A stretch of DNA of 64,000 nucleotides, from positions 33,196-97,195 of the forward strand of contig JAZMZI010000084.1 in the NCBI GenBank assembly GCA_045585895.1, read 5' to 3'. Positions 9,514 through 17,902 of the stretch are shown here, in pieces. The stretch comes from Eubacteriales bacterium (lineage in GTDB: Bacteria > Bacillota > Clostridia > Oscillospirales > CAG-272). The position numbers were made by a program, and so were the translations under genes. Each line of letters begins with the position of its first letter. Within the stretch, counting starts at the first letter, position 1. The notes under the pieces are model-generated. The model worked only from the letters and a program-made list of their open reading frames with translations, ran no database searches and had not been told where the DNA came from.

Positions 9514-9807
9514 AAATTTACCTCACTTACGGGATCTTAATTTTAGTACAAATGTATTGTATCATATTTTATCAAATCATAATGGAACGTTTAAAGAACA
9601 ATTTGTGAATTTTTTTGCTCCGCTTATTCGGTTTATATTTGAATTTGCCTTATGATAAAAGAAAATATTAACAATTTGAAACTTTTGAAAATATGTATTG
9701 CAAACTTGCAAAAAATATAGTAAAATGTATAATGGCGAACGAAGGGAATCTTTAAGTTCGACAAAATTCGTAATTAAAATTTCAATAATAATATAAGGAG
9801 AAAAAAC

Positions 9808-11601
9808 ATGACACCTACCAACAACAAGTTCGTTCTTGATTGGATCAACGACATGGCTGCGATGACCTGCCCCGATAAGATCGTTTGGATCGACGGCAGC
9901 GAGGAACAGGCAGAGGCGCTCAGAGCCGAGGCTTGCTCTACCGGCGAAATGATCAAGCTCAATCAGGAAAAGCTTCCCGGCTGTTACCTCCATCGCACCG
10001 CCGTTAACGACGTTGCTAGAGTTGAGGGCAGAACCTTCATCTGCACTTCCAAGAAGGAGGATGCAGGTAACATCAACAACTGGATGGATCCCACCGAATG
10101 CAAGGAAAAGCTCTCCAAGCTCTACGCAGGAAGCATGAAGGGTCGTACCATGTACGTTATTCCCTATTCCATGAGCGTAGTCGGCTCTCCCTTCGCTAAG
10201 TACGGTATCGAGCTTACCGACTCTATCTACGTCGTTCTTAATATGCTTATTATGACCCGCGTAGGTTACGACGTTCTTGAGGCTCTCGGCAACAGCGCAG
10301 ACTACATCAAAGGTCTTCACGCTCGCGCTGATATCGACGAGGAGAACAGATACATCGTTCACTTCCCCGAGGAAAACACCATCTGGAGCGTTAACTCCGG
10401 TTACGGCGGAAACGTTCTTCTCGGTAAGAAGTGCTTCGCGCTCAGAATCGCATCCTTCCTCGGACGTAAAGAGGGCTGGATGGCTGAGCATATGCTCATC
10501 CTCGGTGTTGAGTATCCCGACGGCGAGACCAAGTACGTTTGCGCCGCATTCCCCTCCGCTTGCGGTAAGACCAACCTCGCTATGCTTATTCCCCCCGAGT
10601 TCTACTCCAAGCAGGGCTACAAGGTATGGTGCGTAGGTGACGATATCGCTTGGCTCCGTGTTGGAGAGGACGGCAGACTTTGGGCGGTTAACCCCGAGAA
10701 CGGATTCTTCGGTGTTGCTCCCGGTACTAACCTTAACTCCAACCCCAACGCTCTCTACACCACTATGAAGGACACCATCTTCACCAACGTCGTTCACAAC
10801 ACCGCTGAGAACACCGTTTGGTGGGAAGGTCTTGATAAGAATCCTCCTAAGCCCGGCAACGCTATCGACTGGAAGGGCAATCCTTGGGATTGCACCAAGT
10901 TCGACAAGAAGGATAAGTCCACCTGCGGCGCTCATCCCAACTCCCGTTTCACCGCAAAGGCTATCAACTGTCCTTGCATCTCCAAGGAGTTTGCTAATCC
11001 CGCAGGCGTTCCCATCTCCGCTATCGTATTCGGCGGCAGACGCGCGAAGACCGCTCCTCTGGTTTACCAGTCCACCTCTTGGCAGAACGGCGCATTCGTT
11101 GGTTCTATTATGGCAAGTGAGACAACCGCTGCTGCGGCAGGTGCTGTCGGCGTAGTTCGTCGCGATCCTATGGCTATGAGACCCTTCGTAGGCTACGATA
11201 TGGGTGACTACTGGGCACATTGGCTCAAGATGGGTACCACCATTCCCCACGCTCCCAAGATATTCCACGTTAACTGGTTCCGCACAGACGACGAAGGCAA
11301 CTTCATCTGGCCCGGCTTCGGTGACAACATGAGAGTTCTTATGTGGATCCTCGCTCGCTGCGAAGGTAAGGTAGATGCAGACATTACTCCTATCGGATAC
11401 GTTCCCAAGGCTGAGGATATCTGCATTGAAGGTCTCGCTGACGTTACTCTCGACACCATCAAGGAGCTTCTTACCGTTGATAAGGCTTCTTGGCTTGAGG
11501 ACGTTGAGAACATCAAGGCATTCTACGCTCAGGTTGGTGACAGAGTTCCCCAGACCATGTACGATGAACTTGCAGCTCTTGAAGCAAGACTTAAAGCATA
11601 A
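9808..11601 (+). CDS. pckG: Phosphoenolpyruvate carboxykinase (GTP)
   Basis: DVARVE, GYGGNVLLGKKCFALR, FPSACGKTNLAM, GDDIAW, NPENGFFG, HPNSRF; strongly biased codons. Confidence 0.96.
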   Translation: MTPTNNKFVLDWINDMAAMTCPDKIVWIDGSEEQAEALRAEACSTGEMIKLNQEKLPGCYLHRTAVNDVARVEGRTFICTSKKEDAGNINNWMDPTECKEKLSKLYAGSMKGRTMYVIPYSMSVVGSPFAKYGIELTDSIYVVLNMLIMTRVGYDVLEALGNSADYIKGLHARADIDEENRYIVHFPEENTIWSVNSGYGGNVLLGKKCFALRIASFLGRKEGWMAEHMLILGVEYPDGETKYVCAAFPSACGKTNLAMLIPPEFYSKQGYKVWCVGDDIAWLRVGEDGRLWAVNPENGFFGVAPGTNLNSNPNALYTTMKDTIFTNVVHNTAENTVWWEGLDKNPPKPGNAIDWKGNPWDCTKFDKKDKSTCGAHPNSRFTAKAINCPCISKEFANPAGVPISAIVFGGRRAKTAPLVYQSTSWQNGAFVGSIMASETTAAAAGAVGVVRRDPMAMRPFVGYDMGDYWAHWLKMGTTIPHAPKIFHVNWFRTDDEGNFIWPGFGDNMRVLMWILARCEGKVDADITPIGYVPKAEDICIEGLADVTLDTIKELLTVDKASWLEDVENIKAFYAQVGDRVPQTMYDELAALEARLKA

Positions 11602-11617
11602 TTTCAGATAAAATTCC

Positions 11618-11650
11618 GGAAAGCACCGTTTAAGATAACGGTGCTTCCCT
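11618..11650 (+). terminator. Hairpin after pckG
   Basis: AAGCACCGTT...AACGGTGCTT inverted repeat; weak U tail. Confidence 0.55.
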
Positions 11651-11714
11651 GCATTTATGAGTGGATTAGATGCAAGAAAATTTGTTGATTTTACAGATTA
11701 ATTAAGTAAAACAT

Positions 11715-11747
11715 AAAAACGAGCAGAAGATTTCTTCTACTCGTTTT
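11715..11747. terminator. Terminator between convergent pckG and tadA
   Basis: AAAACGAGCAGAAGA...TCTTCTACTCGTTTT inverted repeat. Confidence 0.65.
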
Positions 11748-11750
11748 CTG

Positions 11751-12194
11751 TTAGCGCTTTTTCGCAAAGAAATCCGACAAGATTTCCGCTGATTTTTCCT
11801 TCATAACACCGCCAACAACGATTGGCTTATGATTAAGCGGATATGAGCGCATATCGAGAACACTGCCGCAAGCGCCCGCCTTGGCATCCTTTGCTCCGTA
11901 TATCACCTTGCCCATACGCGAATTTATGATCGCGCCCATACACATGGGGCAAGGCTCAAGGGTAACGTAAAGCTCGCAATCATCAAGATGCCAGCCGCCG
12001 AGGACGCGGCAGGCTTCCCTTATTGCAAGAAGCTCCGCATGCCCTGTGGCGTCGCCAGTTGCTTCGCGGTTATTTCTCGCTGAAGCGATTATCTCGCCGT
12101 CCTTGACTATCACCGCGCCTACGGGCACTTCTCCTTCTGCGGCGGCAGTTTCTGCCTCGCAGAGGGCTTTTTTCATATAATCCTTTGCGTTCAT
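11751..12194 (-). CDS. tadA: tRNA adenosine(34) deaminase
   Basis: EVPVGAV, HAE, TLEPCPMC, FFxxKR; start moved to ATG after GGAG. Confidence 0.93.
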   Translation of the reverse strand: MNAKDYMKKALCEAETAAAEGEVPVGAVIVKDGEIIASARNNREATGDATGHAELLAIREACRVLGGWHLDDCELYVTLEPCPMCMGAIINSRMGKVIYGAKDAKAGACGSVLDMRSYPLNHKPIVVGGVMKEKSAEILSDFFAKKR

Positions 12195-12227
12195 TGTTTG
12201 CTCCAAACGGGTAAACAACCCATAAAT

Positions 12228-15200
12228 TTATTTTTTTACGGTAAACCTTATCTCTCGGAGACCGTCCTCGATCAGATTGTATTCATCGACCCAATCGTCG
12301 CCCGTAGTTGTAAAGCTTCCGTGTCCGCAACGGTGGACGACGCACTCCTTGGTATGGAGAGGACCAAAGGTATTCTTTCTCGTACCGAGAACCGTAACTT
12401 CAAGATCGCGTTTTGCCTTCACTGCCTCGGTAACCTCTATCTCGTAAGGCTCCCATGCTATAATTTCATCAAGTTCCGCTCCGTCGCAAACTCTTACTGC
12501 CGCGCCGAAGAATTTTGCGGAAAGATAAAGTCTTTCACCCTCTTCAATGTCAGCATATTCCTTATACTTTTCGTAAGGCAACTTGAAGGTAACGTTACCA
12601 GAATAGAATGGCAAGCCTTGCGCGGCATAATTCGTCATTGAGAGCTTTTGAGGCATCTTGCCGCCTACAGACGAGCATTTAAGTCCTGCGCTAACGGCAA
12701 AATCACCTATCAGATATACCGATTCAAGATGCGTTGACCATTTATAGAGTGTTTTGACGGTAATCTCGTTTTTGCCAAGCCTCAGAGCTTCCTTGGGTAT
12801 GGGCAGCTTTTTGAAGGCAATATCTATCCAGAAGTCCTTGCCGTCGGGACATTCCAGCTTGACGCCGTTTATATAATACTCCTTAAACTCGGGGCGCTCA
12901 CCGACGAGGATAATATCTCCCTCGGGCATATTCTCGACGTTGAATTCAAACTTAATCTCAATATTCTTGAACTCGGTATCCATACCGTATTTTTTGATAT
13001 ACCAAGGCTGAAGCATCGCCTCACAACGGTGCATTATCTTGAGTTCGCTTCTGATTTCTCCGTCAATTTTCAGAATTTCTTTGGTTTCATCGCTCCACTC
13101 GCCGTCCTCCCAGCGCCATTTTGCAAAGTCAAGAACGCAGACGTTTGGCTCGTGTAAGGTAACGTCAAGAGTCTCTTCCACAGAAAGCGAGGAAATCTCA
13201 TCAAAGCAAGGCTCGTCATCAACACTTTCGTCTATTTCTGACTTTAACACGAAGCACTTGGTCTCACCTGCCAAAAGGTCGGCATAAATTTCGGTATATC
13301 CGTCGTTAAAGGCAACTCCGTTATTAACGTTGTATCTCTCGCCCGATTCAAAATCCCAGAGCTCAACGAAACGGTGATTTTCGGTCTTAAATTTGATCTT
13401 AATGCCTTTTTTAGCGTTTTCAAGGTCGGAATTGAGCACCACTAAGGCATCACCGCCGTCAAAGTCATGCTTTGCCTGAACTAAAACCTCCGCAATCGGG
13501 ATGTTTTCGCCGTTAACTACCGAAACGTATTCGTCAGAACAAGATCTGATAGCTTTAACAAGTGCACTTTCTTCATAAGGGATGTAGGTCGCGCCATTTG
13601 AGAGGACGAACTCGCCCTCATACGGGATAGCGTCGATATACTTAGGCTCGTCGCCCATAATTATAACCTTACCGCCCATATCCATAAATTCTCGGAGCAT
13701 CTTTACGGTAGTGGGGCGAATAGTTGTCATATTCGAGACCACTACCACGCGATAAGACATTTTACCGATATTAAGAAGCGCATTTCCCTTTTCGTCGCGT
13801 CCGAGGGAATAATGGCGAGCCATTATTACTTCCTCGCCCCAGTCGAAATCGATATGATTGTTAAGCAGCATAAAGAAGGTCTCACGATAGCGTTTCTCTA
13901 TTTCCGCGCATTCGGGAGAGGCTATCTCCTGCTTATTCCAGTCGTGCCAGCCTATATGAAGTTGACAGAACATAGACTCGATGGGATTCAACACCAAAGT
14001 ATCGCAGGCGGGTCTGCCGTGGAGATTATAGACGTTGAATCGGTTGAAATAGTCCTCTACCTTGGAATAATGCTTATACCAGGGCGACTGATGTAATATT
14101 GACGCGGGGTAATCTCGCTTTGCCTGACCTTCCATGGTGTACCACGAAAGGTGCTGACAGCGGAAGTTGACGCCGAAAAGCGCCTGCCAATCGCCCACCG
14201 TCTTATGGGAACGGAAATTGAACTGCCAGCCTGTACAACCGTAAAGCTCGGAGAGCATTCTTTCTTTGCCAAGCTGACGCACCACGCTTGAAAGCTGCTT
14301 CGGCACCCAATATTTGCGCTCGGTTTCGGTCAGCTCGTCCATTCCGGGCCAATCCATATACTCGTAGAGGCGCATTATCGAACCCATACAAATAATCTGC
14401 GCTTTGAGGGATTCTTCTTCAAGACCGTGTCCCGTAAAGATCATATTATTTTCGTGGCACCAATTCTGTATCTGTCCCGCGTAATTCTCGCAGAAAAGGT
14501 CGCAGGTAAGGTTGAAATAGTGGAGCTTTATGGGGGCTACCTTTTCACCGTTAAACCAATAGAAAAGCTCGGGAATATGCTCGTGGAAGCTGTAGCCGTA
14601 TCTCGAAACGAACTGCTCCTCAAGCTCCTCCGTCCAGCAGGTAGAGGCAAATCTCTCTCTCTCGTTAGAGAAATCAAAGTGGATAGAGTCAAAGCGGCGA
14701 GGCTCGTCGGTAAAAATCCCCTTGATCGACCTGCCGAGTCTGTCTCCGCATTTCTCTCTGTATCTTTCGTGGGTATCCTCGATAAATTTTGCCACCGCCT
14801 CGCGGCTTATGGTATCAAGAGGCGAACCGTTATTGAAATTTGGATGATCGGGATATGGACCTTTATTATAAAAGAGCACCTTCCAATCACCGCTTTTGTC
14901 GGAATATTTCTTTTCTTCCTCACTTATAACGGCATCGATATCGTCATTTTCAAAAATACGTCTGTATCCCCACAGATTATTACCATCGATCTTTGCAACG
15001 AAAGCAATAAAAATCCCCTGCGACCAAGAAAAATATTTTGGCCACATCTCGTGGTTGGTTATTGACTTACAACGGTATTTGGGATCCTTGGTTGTAATTC
15101 CTCCCGAGCTTCCCGAGGGGTATCTGTCCTCGTCGTATAGCCATGCCTCGATTCCAAGCTTTTCACTTTCGTCGGCTACGGCGTTTATATGGTCAAACCA

Positions 15201-15395
15201 CTCCTCGCCGAGATACTCTGTTATAAGTCCTGCTCTTGAATGCATAAAATGGCCGCCAAAGCCCATTTCTTTCATAACCGAGGTCTGCCTTATAAGCTCT
15301 TCTCTCTCAAGCTCTCCATTCCAAGACCAGAATGGCTTTCCCTTATAATATACTGTAGGATTCTCAAACAAATCAGTTAATTTATCGTGAGTCAT
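12228..15395 (-). CDS. Large glycoside hydrolase, GH106 (alpha-L-rhamnosidase)-like
   Basis: PFWSWNG, GFGGHFMHSRAGL, LYDEDRYPSG, IFTDEP, LSELYG, KRDYP motifs; no signal peptide; start after GGAGG. Confidence 0.75.
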   Translation of the reverse strand: MTHDKLTDLFENPTVYYKGKPFWSWNGELEREELIRQTSVMKEMGFGGHFMHSRAGLITEYLGEEWFDHINAVADESEKLGIEAWLYDEDRYPSGSSGGITTKDPKYRCKSITNHEMWPKYFSWSQGIFIAFVAKIDGNNLWGYRRIFENDDIDAVISEEEKKYSDKSGDWKVLFYNKGPYPDHPNFNNGSPLDTISREAVAKFIEDTHERYREKCGDRLGRSIKGIFTDEPRRFDSIHFDFSNERERFASTCWTEELEEQFVSRYGYSFHEHIPELFYWFNGEKVAPIKLHYFNLTCDLFCENYAGQIQNWCHENNMIFTGHGLEEESLKAQIICMGSIMRLYEYMDWPGMDELTETERKYWVPKQLSSVVRQLGKERMLSELYGCTGWQFNFRSHKTVGDWQALFGVNFRCQHLSWYTMEGQAKRDYPASILHQSPWYKHYSKVEDYFNRFNVYNLHGRPACDTLVLNPIESMFCQLHIGWHDWNKQEIASPECAEIEKRYRETFFMLLNNHIDFDWGEEVIMARHYSLGRDEKGNALLNIGKMSYRVVVVSNMTTIRPTTVKMLREFMDMGGKVIIMGDEPKYIDAIPYEGEFVLSNGATYIPYEESALVKAIRSCSDEYVSVVNGENIPIAEVLVQAKHDFDGGDALVVLNSDLENAKKGIKIKFKTENHRFVELWDFESGERYNVNNGVAFNDGYTEIYADLLAGETKCFVLKSEIDESVDDEPCFDEISSLSVEETLDVTLHEPNVCVLDFAKWRWEDGEWSDETKEILKIDGEIRSELKIMHRCEAMLQPWYIKKYGMDTEFKNIEIKFEFNVENMPEGDIILVGERPEFKEYYINGVKLECPDGKDFWIDIAFKKLPIPKEALRLGKNEITVKTLYKWSTHLESVYLIGDFAVSAGLKCSSVGGKMPQKLSMTNYAAQGLPFYSGNVTFKLPYEKYKEYADIEEGERLYLSAKFFGAAVRVCDGAELDEIIAWEPYEIEVTEAVKAKRDLEVTVLGTRKNTFGPLHTKECVVHRCGHGSFTTTGDDWVDEYNLIEDGLREIRFTVKK

Positions 15396-15430
15396 AAAAA
15401 CCTCCGAATCAAACAAGTTTTGCTATTTGA

Positions 15431-15459
15431 ATTATAACATAACAAAACCTAAATTGCAA
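15431..15459 (-). promoter_or_regulatory. sigmaA promoter of the glycoside hydrolase-tadA unit
   Basis: TTGCAA-17-TATAAT with extended TG. Confidence 0.7.
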
Positions 15460-15480
15460 GAAATATAAGAAAATTTCAAT

Positions 15481-15512
15481 AAAAAAGAAGGTCTGCAAAA
15501 ATGCAGACCTTC
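15481..15512 (-). terminator. Intrinsic terminator after tsf
   Basis: GAAGGTCTGCA...TGCAGACCTTC followed by T6 on - strand. Confidence 0.85.
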
Positions 15513-15534
15513 AAATATTTGTTTAAATCGGAAA

Positions 15535-16461
15535 TTACTGCTTAACACCGGAGAGCTTAGCGATCTCTGCTGCGTAGTCTTCCTGCTTCTTTTCGATACC
15601 CTCACCCTTCTCGAAACGAACGAAGGATGCGATAGCGATCTTACCGCCCATAGCCTTAGCGGTGTTAGCAACGTACTTAGCAACGGTCTCGTGATCTTCA
15701 GCCTTAACGTACTCCATATCAACGAGGCAGTTGTTCTCGTAGAACTTGCCAAGCTTACCCATTACGATACCGTCGAGAACCTTCTCGGGCTTGTTTGCCA
15801 TCTTGGGATCGTTAGCAAGCTGAGCCTTGATGATGTTCTTCTCGTTCTCGATAACGTCTGCGGGAACAGCATTTCTGTCGAGGTAAGGAGTGGGATATGC
15901 GCCAACCTGAAGAGCGATGTTCTTTGCGAACTCTGCAAATCCCTCGTTGTCTGCACAGTCGGTGTCGAACTTAACGATAACACCGATAGAGCCCATACCG
16001 TGAATGTAGGTGCTGGTTACGCCCTCAACTACTGCGAAACGGCGGATGGTGATCTTCTCACCGATCTGGAATATAAGCTCCTTGAGCTTTGCGTCAACGG
16101 TAACGCCCTCGTAGTCGGAAGCGAGAAGTGCCTCAACGTCTGCGGGGTTGTTAGCGATAATGCTCTTAAGAAGGTTCTTAACGAAATCCTTGAACTTCTC
16201 GTTCTTTGCAACGAAGTCGGTCTCGGTGTTAACCTCAACGATTGCGGTCTTGCCGTTCTCTGCAAGTACGTCTACGATACCGTCTGCTGCGATTCTGGTT
16301 GCCATCTTGGTCTCTGCCTTAAGCTCACCCTTCTCACGAAGAAGCTTGATAGCAGCGTCCATATCACCGTTTGCCTCAACGAGTGCCTTCTTGCACTCCA
16401 TCATACCAATACCGGTCTTTGCTCTGAGAGCAGCAACGTCTTTTGCTGTAATAGTAGCCAT
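15535..16461 (-). CDS. tsf: Elongation factor Ts
   Basis: LRAKTGIGMMECKKAL, EVNTETDFVA, FVRFEKGEGIEK. Confidence 0.98.
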   Translation of the reverse strand: MATITAKDVAALRAKTGIGMMECKKALVEANGDMDAAIKLLREKGELKAETKMATRIAADGIVDVLAENGKTAIVEVNTETDFVAKNEKFKDFVKNLLKSIIANNPADVEALLASDYEGVTVDAKLKELIFQIGEKITIRRFAVVEGVTSTYIHGMGSIGVIVKFDTDCADNEGFAEFAKNIALQVGAYPTPYLDRNAVPADVIENEKNIIKAQLANDPKMANKPEKVLDGIVMGKLGKFYENNCLVDMEYVKAEDHETVAKYVANTAKAMGGKIAIASFVRFEKGEGIEKKQEDYAAEIAKLSGVKQ

Positions 16462-16500
16462 TTTGGAAATTCCTTTCTATATTTTACGAAATTTTTCTTA

Positions 16501-16536
16501 AAATAAAGCGGTTGATAAGTTTTCTTAGCAACCGCT
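16501..16536 (-). terminator. rpsB-tsf intergenic hairpin (partial terminator/attenuator)
   Basis: AGCGGTTG...CAACCGCT with T-rich tail. Confidence 0.55.
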
Positions 16537-16552
16537 GTGATTTCAGCTCAGA

Positions 16553-17299
16553 TTAAGCCTCTGCTTCCTCTTCAGCCTCAACCTCTGCCTTTTCCTCAGC
16601 AGCCTCAACGGTCTGCTCGCCCTGCTTGCCCTCGATAACTGCGTCTGCAATTACGGAAGAGATAAGCTTGATAGCGCGGATAGCGTCGTCGTTACCGGGG
16701 ATAACGTAGTCAGCGTCGTCGGGGTCACAGTTGGTATCAACGATAGCGATTACGGGGATACCGAGCTTCTTAGCCTCGAGAACTGCGTTTCTTTCCTTGC
16801 GGGGGTCAACGATAAAGATCGCATCGGGAAGCTGTTCCATGGTCTTGATACCGCCGAGGTTCTTCTCGAGGTCGAAGATCTCTTTCTGGAGCTTAGCAAC
16901 TTCCTTCTTGGGGAGCATCTCAAAGGTGCCGTCTTCAGCCATCTTGTTAAGAGCGTTGAGACGAGCGATGCTTCTCTTGATGGTCTTGAAGTTGGTCATC
17001 ATACCGCCGGGCCAACGAACGTTAACGTAGTACTGTCCGCAACGAAGAGCTTCTTCCTTGATAGCCTCTGCCGCCTGCTTCTTGGTACCTACGAAGAGTA
17101 CGTTGCCGCCGTTTGCGGAAAGCTCACGAACGAACATGTAAGCTTCTTCAAACTTCTTAACGGTCTTCTGAAGGTCGATGATGTAGATGCCGTTTCTTTC
17201 GGTAAAGATGTATTCCTGCATCTTAGGATTCCATCTTCTCGTGTGGTGTCCGAAATGAACACCTGCTTCAAGCAACTGCTTGATAGAAATAACAGACAT
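16553..17299 (-). CDS. rpsB: 30S ribosomal protein S2
   Basis: [33 protein letters not shown]; ATG at 17299 after GGAGG. Confidence 0.98.
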   Translation of the reverse strand: MSVISIKQLLEAGVHFGHHTRRWNPKMQEYIFTERNGIYIIDLQKTVKKFEEAYMFVRELSANGGNVLFVGTKKQAAEAIKEEALRCGQYYVNVRWPGGMMTNFKTIKRSIARLNALNKMAEDGTFEMLPKKEVAKLQKEIFDLEKNLGGIKTMEQLPDAIFIVDPRKERNAVLEAKKLGIPVIAIVDTNCDPDDADYVIPGNDDAIRAIKLISSVIADAVIEGKQGEQTVEAAEEKAEVEAEEEAEA

Positions 17300-17415
17300 T
17301 GTAATGTCCTCCTTCGGTTTTTCCACCACAGTAGCTTTGGCGGTGCAATCCCCTTATTTTACAAGGATTATAAAGGAGACACCGACACCGCAGACGTGGT
17401 ACTGTGTGTGTGATT
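17300..17415 (-). ncRNA. rpsB leader (t44 / S2 autoregulatory RNA)
   Basis: About 140-nt leader containing CACACACA and paired ACCAC/GTGGT and GCGGTG/CACCGC segments upstream of rpsB. Confidence 0.7.
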
Positions 17416-17446
17416 TATTTTTACTGCGCTCAGCACAGCGTTATAG

Positions 17447-17475
17447 ATTATAACATATTACTTTTTGATTTTCAA
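17447..17475 (-). promoter_or_regulatory. sigmaA promoter of rpsB-tsf
   Basis: TTGAAA-17-TATAAT with extended TG. Confidence 0.75.
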
Positions 17476-17510
17476 CAGTTAGTGTATTTGTTTACAAAAT
17501 ATTTACATTC

Positions 17511-17810
17511 TCATTTGAACCTTTTGCCTTTTTTACCGTTTTTCCCGTTGCACGTGTAGTTTGTCAGATCCGATTGGGGTATTTTCACAAGGATCGCGTC
17601 TTCTCCGATACATTCAATATTGCACCACGGTATAGTATACTCCTCGCATTTTGACCAAAAAGGCAATCCTCCTCCGTCACGCACAGTAAACGAGACTATC
17701 CTTCCAGAGTCAAGATCGATCTCAAAATCACATGGATATCCGAGCTTTTCTCCTCCGCAAAGATTGATGACCTCGAGCTCACGAAGGCAAGCAGTGCTTA
17801 TTCTTTTCAT
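17511..17810 (-). CDS. YlmC/YmxH family PRC-barrel sporulation protein
   Basis: LRELEVINL.G.KLG...DFEID, IPWCNIECIGEDAILV; GGAGGTG RBS. Confidence 0.88.
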   Translation of the reverse strand: MKRISTACLRELEVINLCGGEKLGYPCDFEIDLDSGRIVSFTVRDGGGLPFWSKCEEYTIPWCNIECIGEDAILVKIPQSDLTNYTCNGKNGKKGKRFK

Positions 17811-17902
17811 AAATAACACCTCCATAGTTCAAAAGGCTGCCACCTACGGCGACAGCCCTTTATAATTAATTATCATTACAAATATATGCTATGTGCGCGG
17901 TA

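Noticed and set aside
9577-11268. 563-aa - strand ORF antisense to pckG
   Set aside because: Antisense shadow of a highly biased gene; the same applies to shadows over tsf, the MacB-like ABC and the Na/Pi genes.
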